Positions 25,677 through 34,022 of a stretch of 64,000 nt of DNA are shown here, piece after piece. Each line of letters begins with the position of its first letter. The first letter of the stretch is position 1. The DNA comes from a virus. Taxonomy: Duplodnaviria > Caudoviricetes. A program made the position numbers and the translations under genes. The stretch spans positions 1-64,000 of the IMG/VR virus record IMGVR_UViG_3300035498_000844. The stretch is one strand, 5' to 3'. The notes beneath the pieces were generated by a model. It did no database searches, had not been told where the DNA came from, and saw only the letters and a list, made by a program, of their open reading frames with translations.

Positions 25677-25847
25677 TTACTTCAAAAATGTGCTAATAGC
25701 TTCAAAGCAAACGTTTGCATTGTCCTTTGACTTTGTGTCTTCTTGTTCAGCAAAATTGTTCATTGCTGATGAGATAAGATCTTTGACACTCACAAAGTTA
25801 AGTACAAGCCTTAAAGCTGCTAGTTCGTCTAAGCTAACCTTGCCCAT
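25677..25847 (-). CDS. 56-aa protein with a structured 3' trailer
   Basis: AGGAG SD; MGKVSLDELAALRLVLNFVSVKDLISSAMNNFAEQEDTKSKDNANVCFEAISTFLK. Confidence 0.65.
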   Translation of the reverse strand: MGKVSLDELAALRLVLNFVSVKDLISSAMNNFAEQEDTKSKDNANVCFEAISTFLK

Positions 25848-25931
25848 TCGGTTCGACTCCTTTCTATATTCTATTTTCTTTATATTATTATTATACCATA
25901 AAATTTTTTAAAAGTCAAAATGAAGCGGTTT

Positions 25932-26084
25932 TCACCGCTCCATTAGTTCATTATACCTAGCTTTAATCTGCTTCATAGTCGGATTCCCGCCTAACTGAAT
26001 ACAAAATAAACAAAAGTCAAGTGTTTCATCTGCCTCAAACCCAAATTTTCTAATTACTTTATCCATCATCTGTTCTTTTGTCAT
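25932..26084 (-). CDS. Small protein, paralog of 20522-20671
   Basis: MTKEQMMDKVIRKFGFEADETLDFC...KARYNELMER. Confidence 0.7.
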   Translation of the reverse strand: MTKEQMMDKVIRKFGFEADETLDFCLFCIQLGGNPTMKQIKARYNELMER

Positions 26085-26188
26085 ATCTTATTCCTTCTTT
26101 CTTTTGATACCACTATTATAACGTAGTAGCTAGTTAATGTCAAGCGGTTTTCGTATCTTTACCGCTCTTTTTATCCCGCCCAAAGTCA

Positions 26189-26500
26189 CTATGAAGTGAC
26201 CCAGCCGCGTTTCTTTTTTATAGCTTCATACTTTTCCGCTTTTTCTTTTTCAATTTTTTCTTTATTATACTCTCTGACCTTAATCTTAAGATAATTATAT
26301 CTTTTTAAATCAGCTTTTGTCCAATAACGCTTGACACAGATCTTTTCAATGCCTTTGATCCTCAATGTTTTAACAAAGTTCTCTTTACCTATTGTTCTGA
26401 TAAGCTCATTGTCTTGCTTTATAATACAACTCACTGGTTTGTATTCTCCTGTTGTGCAAAACAGTGTGACTTGATACTCTTTCAACATAATTATCATCAT
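26189..26500 (-). CDS. Hypothetical basic protein
   Basis: 103-aa ORF; start could be 26488. Confidence 0.7.
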   Translation of the reverse strand: MMIIMLKEYQVTLFCTTGEYKPVSCIIKQDNELIRTIGKENFVKTLRIKGIEKICVKRYWTKADLKRYNYLKIKVREYNKEKIEKEKAEKYEAIKKKRGWVTS

Positions 26501-26553
26501 CCTTTTTTTATTATAATATCCTTGTTATTCATGTTATTCATTGAGTATGAAGC

Positions 26554-26766
26554 TTAACAAGCTTCATACTCTTCATCATCGGAATACTCACGATAATCCC
26601 AAGGAATTTTACATTCTGAACCATTATCATAGCAACGATAGACTTCTATTGAGCCGCATTGTGACATTGCAAATTGAGAAGCTTTATGTTTTGAAGAGAA
26701 CCAGAACTCTTTATCAGACTCCATCATGCTATATGCTTTCTTTACCACTTTATATCCCTTTACCAT
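26554..26766 (-). CDS. Hypothetical protein
   Basis: 70 aa; own promoter. Confidence 0.65.
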   Translation of the reverse strand: MVKGYKVVKKAYSMMESDKEFWFSSKHKASQFAMSQCGSIEVYRCYDNGSECKIPWDYREYSDDEEYEAC

Positions 26767-26963
26767 TTTTATTTCCTTCCTTTCTTGTCTGTTTCCTTAC
26801 CTTGTAAATACATTATAGCATTGTCGTTTAAGAAAAGCAATAGGCAAATTGCACAAAGATTCAATTATAACTTTGTGCAACTTTTTCTTAATTTATGTTT
26901 TCATGATAATGCACTTTAGGGAAAATTTTAATTGGCAAAATGAACAAAACAACTGCGAAAAAA

Positions 26964-27021
26964 TTGTGCATTATTACTATTGACAAGGCAAGTCGGCTCG
27001 CATTGACTGTGCGCGAGCCGA
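26964..27021 (+). promoter_or_regulatory. TTGTGCA box, -35 and GC hairpin without a -10 (module M6)
   Basis: TTGACA 26980; TCGGCTCGC 26993-27001 / GCGAGCCGA 27013-27021. Confidence 0.55.
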
Positions 27022-27463
27022 GCAATTGAGGGTAGCTGCTAGAAAGCAAAGAGAAAAATCGTGTAAAGAACCTGACGTACTCGCGCAATAAAGGGGGCGT
27101 ATATTTCGGGAAAATAAAAATTTCGATCGTTAGATTGGGTTTTGCCTGAACAAAAAAATCTCCAAAAGTATTTTCAAAATCAAAACACGAATCTTAAATA
27201 ATTTTTAATCCTTAACTTTAGCTTCTTTTAATAGCTCTTCCGCATTTCTTTCATATATTCAGACATTTTAATATATCTATTTGTGTTTGTTGTCTTTGAA
27301 AAATTCTATCATATTTTATTCCTCTTCCATTGCCACTTTAGCAATTGTTCCAATAATCTGAATTAATAAATCTTCTTGTTTTACATTTTTTCCAATTAAT
27401 AAACTTTTTCTATTAGCCATATCTGTAAATTTTTCAATAAGATATTTTACATTAATTTCTTTT

Positions 27464-27751
27464 TCATATAAGAGCATCCTTTATTTTCTTTTTCCAAGGT
27501 CTTCTTTTTCTCTCTAATTCCCATCTCATTTCCATTAATTGAGCTTCCGCAACATCAAAGCAATTACCAGTGTCAGTCCAATAAGGCATTTCAGGGTATA
27601 AACTATCTGCAGCCTGTTCCAATTCAGTAGCAAGTAATTCAAAATATTTTGCTTTCCCGCGATACTCATTATATTCATCTTCATTTACAAAAATCATCTG
27701 TCCCATTTTTATTTTAACCTCTTCCCATAATCGCGCGGTTTTGTTCCCCAC
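27464..27751 (-). CDS. Hypothetical protein
   Basis: 95-aa ORF; start uncertain. Confidence 0.6.
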   Translation of the reverse strand: MGNKTARLWEEVKIKMGQMIFVNEDEYNEYRGKAKYFELLATELEQAADSLYPEMPYWTDTGNCFDVAEAQLMEMRWELERKRRPWKKKIKDALI

Positions 27752-27826
27752 ATCAATTCATATAATCCTCTAGTGGCGATTTTCTTTGGCGAAGGTAGTC
27801 CCTTCTTATATAAATTAACTCCTTTT

Positions 27827-28105
27827 TTATTGTATGATAGTGCCATGTTTTCCCTCCATTCTAAATTGCATAATTAATCTTTTTAATATTTGATTATTTC
27901 CATCATTATAAGCTACAATATAATCTGCGGTTTGGACAATTTTTCTTAATAACTTCTCAACATTCGCTTCAAATAAAAATTCAACTGGTGCGCCATTTTG
28001 AATTGCCCATTGATAACTAATACTTTGTTTCACAGAATCTTGATCTTGTCCGCCGCATACCACAGTAAAAAGAAAGCATTGGCTATCTTCAATTAATTTA
28101 TTCAT
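27827..28105 (-). CDS. SLOG-like small protein
   Basis: TVVCGG..D, WAIQNGAPV.F, ADYIVAYNDG, MEGKHG. Confidence 0.5.
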   Translation of the reverse strand: MNKLIEDSQCFLFTVVCGGQDQDSVKQSISYQWAIQNGAPVEFLFEANVEKLLRKIVQTADYIVAYNDGNNQILKRLIMQFRMEGKHGTIIQ

Positions 28106-28152
28106 AGTTACGGAGAGCTAATCAAAGCCCCATGGGCCTAGAATTACAATCT

Positions 28153-28602
28153 TCATAACAGCTCCCGCGGTATATAAATAATTAGTTTATTTTGTTTCTT
28201 TGCATATTCAATAGTATCGTATGTTCCACCATACGGCTGCCCATCCCAAACTGCAAATAAAATATCACAATTATCTACCATGTAGCAATCTCTTTTATAA
28301 AAACAATCCTGTGAATATTTATCTTGAAGAGTAATTAAACTGATTGCTTGTTTCATAATATAAAGTTCATCTTGATGGTATCTTTTTCTTTTATAAGGAA
28401 AAACACAATAAACAGGCATATTTAATTTTAGACATTGTAAAGCAAAGATTTGATCAGCTCCCATTGCCATTCCATTATATGCGGCTGTTATTTTTTCTTC
28501 TTGCTCTTGTAATTTATTTAATTGGTCATATAACCATTGACCAATAATGGCTTCTTGTCCCTTAAGTCTTTCTGGTCTATGACCTGTAACTGCAATTTTC
28601 AT
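28153..28602 (-). CDS. YspA/DUF1273-like SLOG family protein
   Basis: MKIAVTGHRP, GMAMGADQ, RDCYMVDNCDILFAVWDG..GGTYDTI.YAK. Confidence 0.85.
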   Translation of the reverse strand: MKIAVTGHRPERLKGQEAIIGQWLYDQLNKLQEQEEKITAAYNGMAMGADQIFALQCLKLNMPVYCVFPYKRKRYHQDELYIMKQAISLITLQDKYSQDCFYKRDCYMVDNCDILFAVWDGQPYGGTYDTIEYAKKQNKLIIYIPRELL

Positions 28603-28742
28603 TCTTCTAACTCCTTATACATTTTTAACTCAGAAAGCCAATCTCTCAACTGCAAATGCTCTAAAGCGCATTCTTCACAACCTTTTTCTTTTTGCTCATT
28701 ATATTTTTCTTCGCAATGTTTAATTGCTTCATCTAATGTCAT
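28599..28742 (-). CDS. Small Cys/His protein (47 aa)
   Basis: MTLDEAIKHC...CEECALEHLQL..WL.EL; GGAGG SD. Confidence 0.65.
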   Translation of the reverse strand: MTLDEAIKHCEEKYNEQKEKGCEECALEHLQLRDWLSELKMYKELEE

Positions 28743-28769
28743 TTTGCGGAAACCTCCCTTCGTGGCGCC

Positions 28770-29060
28770 TTACACCTCGCTTCCCGCATCTTCTAATATA
28801 TGCCAAATATATCCATTATCATTAACCATTCCAATATAAATAAAAATTTTATTTTCTGGGATCGCCCATCCGGTTCCTAAAATATAAAATTTTCTTTCTT
28901 CTTCCTCTTCTTCCTCACTATCTATATAAGCCCAAAGACAAATATTATAATTCATATCTAAACCACAATTTACTAGATCAGCATTTTTAGGCATATTAAT
29001 TTTTATTAAGTTATCTGAAGGATTTCTTCTTTTTAATGGATATTTATAAATTGTTTTCAT
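28770..29060 (-). CDS. Phage hypothetical protein (MKTIYKYPL type)
   Basis: MKTIYKYPL...ICLWAY...F.ILGTGW...YIG.V....YIWH; GGAG SD. Confidence 0.75.
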   Translation of the reverse strand: MKTIYKYPLKRRNPSDNLIKINMPKNADLVNCGLDMNYNICLWAYIDSEEEEEEERKFYILGTGWAIPENKIFIYIGMVNDNGYIWHILEDAGSEV

Positions 29061-29200
29061 TTCATCATCTCTCCTTTTGTTTTTTCTAATTATATTATAT
29101 AAAAAATTTTTAATAAAATCAATCAATTTTCTTAAATCGAGTTTGACAAAGAAAAAATTTTATGATATACTATAATTAAGACGTAGAAAGGAGAGCTTTT

Positions 29201-30376
29201 ATGGCAAATTTAGAAGAAGATGCGCTCTATGAAGAGGAAGAAAATGATATAGAAAATGCGGATTTGGATAAATCAATAGAAGAAAAAATTGTTGAAGAAA
29301 ATATTAAACCAACAAGGAAATTAGATTATACACTCGCAACCCCGCAAGAGCGCAATGAATTAGTCAAAAAGATTATAGATGAAACTCCTCCTGAACAGCT
29401 TACTAATAGATACTTAGAAATTTTAACCGATTATATAATTTTCGCTATGGATAAAGAAGAGCGAAAACAGAAAAAAATCTTAACTGATAATAGAATGGTA
29501 ACTGTTAACAAAAGAGAGACATCTTTCCAAGGCTTAGCAAGTAAACTTGAAAATGGAGAAGACGGCATCTATAATATGATTGCAAATGATAAAAATATCA
29601 TTTTTACACCTAAAGTATCAATTACACAAGAAGATATTGCGGCGATCCCTGCTTTAAAGCGCCTCAGAACTGCTATCGAAGAGGTAGAGGAACAGGAAAA
29701 AGCGGCAACGGGCAAGCGCAAGTTTTTATTAAAAAAACAATTAATTGAAATGCGCCAAGACCAATATGTTATAAAAAATTCTTATCATCAACCTATCTAT
29801 TGCATGAATGCAATTAAAAGTTTTTCAAAATTACAACTTGATGAAACTATTAAAATAGTAGATAATGAGCCAGTTAGTAATGGATTAATTTCATTATTTA
29901 ATCCAAAACATATTTCTGCGCTTTTGTGTAATTATTCAAAATTAAAAGAAGATTCTTGGGGAAAGTTTTGGAGTGATTCATATTTTTTAATGGAAGATTT
30001 AGATAATTTAATTGAAGAAACTTTAAAAGATAAATATCCATTATATTATGATTTACTTATCTATAAAATTGATGGTAAACAAAATATAGAAATTCAAGAA
30101 CTTTTAAATGAAAAGCATGGAATTAAGCATTCAGTTGAATATATTTCATCTTTATGGAGAAATAAAATTCCTAAGCTATTGGCGGAACAAGCACAAAAAG
30201 ATTATTTAGTTTGGTATTATACTACTCAAGAATATGGTAAATGGAAAAAATGTTCAAGATGTGGGAAAATTAAATTAGCTCATAATAAGTTTTTTTCAAA
30301 AAATAAGACCGCAAAAGATGGCTACTACAGTATATGCAAGGTATGTCGCAACAAGAAGTCTGGATCAAAAAAATAG
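29201..30376 (+). CDS. Putative transcription regulator: HTH (sigma region 4/LuxR-like) plus C-terminal zinc ribbon
   Basis: LLIYKIDGKQNIEIQELL...HSVEYISSLWR; CSRCG...CKVC. Confidence 0.5.
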   Translation: MANLEEDALYEEEENDIENADLDKSIEEKIVEENIKPTRKLDYTLATPQERNELVKKIIDETPPEQLTNRYLEILTDYIIFAMDKEERKQKKILTDNRMVTVNKRETSFQGLASKLENGEDGIYNMIANDKNIIFTPKVSITQEDIAAIPALKRLRTAIEEVEEQEKAATGKRKFLLKKQLIEMRQDQYVIKNSYHQPIYCMNAIKSFSKLQLDETIKIVDNEPVSNGLISLFNPKHISALLCNYSKLKEDSWGKFWSDSYFLMEDLDNLIEETLKDKYPLYYDLLIYKIDGKQNIEIQELLNEKHGIKHSVEYISSLWRNKIPKLLAEQAQKDYLVWYYTTQEYGKWKKCSRCGKIKLAHNKFFSKNKTAKDGYYSICKVCRNKKSGSKK

Positions 30377-30438
30377 TACTCTTTATGTAAAAAATGTTGC
30401 AAATAAATTCATAAAAATATTATAAAGGAGGAATTTTT

Positions 30439-31635
30439 ATGCCAAGTTGTGTATGTTCAAAATGCGGCAAATCAATGGATGAAAAAAATTTTTATACCTA
30501 TAAAGATGGTAGAAAAACTGAACTTTGTAAAAAATGTTTGACTATGCATATTGATAACTTTGACCCAGATACCTATCTTTGGATATTAGAAGACATGGAT
30601 GTTCCTTATGTCCCAGAAGAATGGAATGTATTAAGAGATAAGGCTTATGCCAAAGATCCTTATGGAATGAATGGAATGTCCGTTATTGGAAAATATCTTT
30701 CCAAAATGAAATTAAAGCAATGGAAAGAATATGGATGGGCGGATGGCGAAAAACTTCGCGCGCAGAATGAGCAAAAAGCTAAATTAGCTATTGAAACTCA
30801 AAAACAATTTGAAGAAGAAGTAAAAGAGCAGTATGAAAAAGGAGAAATATCAGAGGCTCAATATAAAACATTAGTTAGTACCGAAACTCAGCATGCGGAA
30901 ATGCCGCATATGGCGCCACAGAATCCGATTGGAGAAAATAACTTTTATAATGAAAATAATTTTATGAAAGAAGAAGATCTAGTAGACCCTGCCGCAGAAT
31001 TAACTGCAGATGATAAGATTTATCTTGCGATGAAATGGGGAAGACTATATAAGCCTAACGAATGGGTTGATCTTGAAAAAAAATATAATGAAATGATGAA
31101 CTCTTTTGATATTCAAGATTCTGATACTATTGGAACCCTGATTCTTATCTGTAAAACTTATTTAAAAATGAACCAGGCAATCGATTGTGGCGATATGGAT
31201 GGATATCAAAAACTTTCAAGAGTGTATGATTCTTTACGCAAATCCGCAAAATTTACCGCAGTTCAAAATAAAGAACAAAAGAACGAATTTGTTGATTCTG
31301 TTGGTGAGATGGTTGCCTATTGTGAAAAATATGGTGGACAAATTCCAAAATATGAAATTAAAGTTAATTATGATATAGTTGATAAAGTAATCAATGATTT
31401 AAAAGGATATACTCGTTCTTTAATTTATGAAGATACTGCGCTTGCTAGACAAATTGAGGACTATATCAAAAAGCGTGAAAATGCGGAGAGCATGAAAAAA
31501 GATAAAGAATTAGCAAAAGAGCAAGGATTAGATGAAGTTCAAATTAATGATGAAGATATACAGCTTCATAAAGAAATGATTCATCAAGAAAAGCTTGCGG
31601 ATGAAGCTAGTTATTATGAGGAGGATAATTCATGA
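30439..31635 (+). CDS. Zinc-finger protein upstream of TerL (terminase small subunit candidate)
   Basis: N-terminal CSKC..CKKC; overlaps the TerL start. Role inferred from position. Confidence 0.5.
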   Translation: MPSCVCSKCGKSMDEKNFYTYKDGRKTELCKKCLTMHIDNFDPDTYLWILEDMDVPYVPEEWNVLRDKAYAKDPYGMNGMSVIGKYLSKMKLKQWKEYGWADGEKLRAQNEQKAKLAIETQKQFEEEVKEQYEKGEISEAQYKTLVSTETQHAEMPHMAPQNPIGENNFYNENNFMKEEDLVDPAAELTADDKIYLAMKWGRLYKPNEWVDLEKKYNEMMNSFDIQDSDTIGTLILICKTYLKMNQAIDCGDMDGYQKLSRVYDSLRKSAKFTAVQNKEQKNEFVDSVGEMVAYCEKYGGQIPKYEIKVNYDIVDKVINDLKGYTRSLIYEDTALARQIEDYIKKRENAESMKKDKELAKEQGLDEVQINDEDIQLHKEMIHQEKLADEASYYEEDNS

Positions 31636-33374
31636 GTCTACAAAATCTAATGGAACTATCCATTTCATATAATCAAAAAGTAGGCTTATCTGAAGAGCGC
31701 TTAAAAGCTCAAATTGGGAATTTAAGAATTCAAATATCTTTTTATAGAGAATATCCGGACCTTTTAGTAGATTTTATGAAAGGCCCGGATAGTACTTTTA
31801 ATTTTTATTTTTATCAGCGGGTTTTTATTAGAATTGTTATGCGTCATAGATATGTATATGCGACCTTCCCGCGAGCATATTCTAAATCTTTTTTATCTAT
31901 GATGGTATTAATGCTTAGATGTATATTGTATCCAGGAGCTAATCTTTTTGTAACCACTGGCGGAAAAGAGCAGGCTGCATCTATTACTATTGCAAAGATT
32001 GAAGAAATATGTCGATTGATACCAGCACTTAATAATGAAATTAACTGGGATCGCGGCGTTTCAACAAAATCAAAAGACAATGTAAAATATGTATTTAAAA
32101 ATGGTTCTTCTATTGATATTCTTGCAGCAAAAGAATCGTCAAGAGGTCAGCGTAGAACAGGCGGATTAATGGAGGAGTGCGTTCTTATTGATCAAACTGC
32201 ATTAAATGAAATTATTATTCCTACGACCAATGTAAATAGACTTTTACCAGATGGAACTAGACATAATGAAGAAAATGTAAATAAGTCTCAAATTTACATT
32301 ACAACTGCGGGTTGGAAAAATTCATTTGCATATGATAAATTAATTGAATTATTAATACAATCTATTATTGATCCAGATATGGTTATGGTTATGGGTGGAA
32401 CTTATGAGACTCCTGTAACAGAAGGATTATTAGATGAAGATTTTGTAGATCAATTAAAATTACAAGGCACTTTTAATGAAGACTCATTTGATCGAGAATA
32501 TAGAAGTATTTGGTCTGGAGATGCAGAAAATGCATTTTTCTCTGCTGAAAAATTTGATAAACATAGAGTTTTATTACAGCCAGAGTATGAATATAGTGGA
32601 AGAAGTAGTAAGAGCGCTTATTATATATTAGGTGTCGATGTTGGACGTTTTAAGTGTACCACAGAGGTATCTCCTATCAAAGTAACTCCGCAAGTTCAAG
32701 GATCCGCATTAAAAACCGTAGTTAATTTTTATACTTATGATGCAGAAGATTTTGAAGTTCAAGCTATAAATATTAAAAAATTATATTATAAATATAAAGC
32801 TAGACAAGTTGTTATTGATGCCAATGGTCTTGGTGCTGGTCTTATTGATTTCATGACAAAAGCGCAAATAGATCCGGAAACTGGTGAAACTCTCCCTCCA
32901 TTTGGAGTGTCTGGCGGAACTGCAGAAGATGCAACAGAACCATATAAAAAGATTAAAGGCACTGATGTTGAAAATGATGCAATGTTTTTAATAAAAGCAA
33001 ATGCCGCGATTAATACTGAAGCGCATACATATGTTCAAACGCAAATGTATAGTGGAAAGATAAAATTCTTAATAGATGAAAGCCAAGCAAAAACAAAATT
33101 AATGTCAACTAAAGTTGGTCAGAATATGAGTGTTGACCAAAGAAATGATTATTTGAGACCTTTTGTTTTAACAACAGCTTTAAGAGAGCAACTTTTAAAT
33201 CTAGTAGAAGAAAACGAAGGAATTAATATTATTTTAAAACAATCAACAAGAAGTATTAAGAAGGACAAGTTCTCTGCTTTTGAATATGGATTATATTATA
33301 TTAAACAAGAAGAAGATAGGAAGAAAAAGAAGAGAAAAAGAAATATTGCTGATTTTATGTTTTTTAATGGGTAA
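31632..33374 (+). CDS. terL: Terminase large subunit
   Basis: ATPase motifs FPRAYSKSF, RGQRRTGGLMEEC, ITTAG; RNase-H-like nuclease LGVDVGR, IDANGLG, KDKFSA. Confidence 0.92.
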   Translation: MSLQNLMELSISYNQKVGLSEERLKAQIGNLRIQISFYREYPDLLVDFMKGPDSTFNFYFYQRVFIRIVMRHRYVYATFPRAYSKSFLSMMVLMLRCILYPGANLFVTTGGKEQAASITIAKIEEICRLIPALNNEINWDRGVSTKSKDNVKYVFKNGSSIDILAAKESSRGQRRTGGLMEECVLIDQTALNEIIIPTTNVNRLLPDGTRHNEENVNKSQIYITTAGWKNSFAYDKLIELLIQSIIDPDMVMVMGGTYETPVTEGLLDEDFVDQLKLQGTFNEDSFDREYRSIWSGDAENAFFSAEKFDKHRVLLQPEYEYSGRSSKSAYYILGVDVGRFKCTTEVSPIKVTPQVQGSALKTVVNFYTYDAEDFEVQAINIKKLYYKYKARQVVIDANGLGAGLIDFMTKAQIDPETGETLPPFGVSGGTAEDATEPYKKIKGTDVENDAMFLIKANAAINTEAHTYVQTQMYSGKIKFLIDESQAKTKLMSTKVGQNMSVDQRNDYLRPFVLTTALREQLLNLVEENEGINIILKQSTRSIKKDKFSAFEYGLYYIKQEEDRKKKKRKRNIADFMFFNG

Positions 33375-33450
33375 AAATAAAGGACAGAAGTTAATAAAGA
33401 ATATAAAAATTTTTTTAAAATATATAGTGACTTAGAAAGGAAACTTTTCT

Positions 33451-33602
33451 ATGGACAGATACATTATTTATTTGCATAAAAATAAAATTAATAATAAAGT
33501 TTATGTAGGACAATGTTGTCTCGGAAAAAGAAAACCTCTGGAAGGCATCCTGTAACAGGTGAAAAACTTCATTGGAGGTACGAAGGAGGTGAGTTTCGTT
33601 GA
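33451..33602 (+). pseudogene. Internally deleted GIY-YIG homing endonuclease remnant
   Basis: MDRYIIYLHKNKINNKVYVGQ (GIY-YIG start) joined out of frame to KTSGRHPVTGEKLHWRY (NUMOD-like tail). Confidence 0.7.
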
Positions 33603-33955
33603 GGGCAAGTAGAGGAGAAATAAAAATTGAGGAAATTTTAAATGATTCAGGATTAAATTTTAAAGAAGAGTATAGTTTTCCAGATTTAGTCAGTACAAGC
33701 GGTCGCCCTCTTCGATTTGACTTCGCTGTTTTTGACGATAATGATGAATTAGATTTTTTAATAGAATATCAAGGGATACAACATTATGAAGCTAAGAGTA
33801 AATTTGGCGGAATTTCTGGATTAAGAAAACAACAGTATAATGATATGCAGAAGCGCGAATACTGTATGAAACATAATATTACTCTTATAATTATTCCTTA
33901 TTGGGATGAAGGTCGCGTAGATTATGATTATATAATGACTGCGGCAGGATACTAA
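33599..33955 (+). CDS. PD-(D/E)XK (Vsr/DUF559-like) endonuclease
   Basis: SRGE.KI..IL, LRFDFAV, LIEYQGIQHY, ND..KREYC..HNI.LI.IPYW. Confidence 0.8.
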   Translation: MRASRGEIKIEEILNDSGLNFKEEYSFPDLVSTSGRPLRFDFAVFDDNDELDFLIEYQGIQHYEAKSKFGGISGLRKQQYNDMQKREYCMKHNITLIIIPYWDEGRVDYDYIMTAAGY

Positions 33956-34022
33956 AAAATTTATTTTAGATCAATTTGACAAGAACAGAAAATTATGGTA
34001 TACTATAATTAGAAAGGTTAAG

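Noticed and set aside
13600-27200. CRISPR array or integron attC array
   Set aside because: Repeats are dispersed, variable and promoter-shaped; no constant repeat-spacer period, no attC core sites, no integrase seen.
169-28839. Plus-strand ORFs overlapping minus-strand genes (e.g. 169-531, 3129-3425, 7153-7449, 14667-14939, 25495-25911, 28537-28839)
   Set aside because: Antisense shadows with Phe/Ile/Ser bias and no SD; they overlap better-supported genes or tRNAs.
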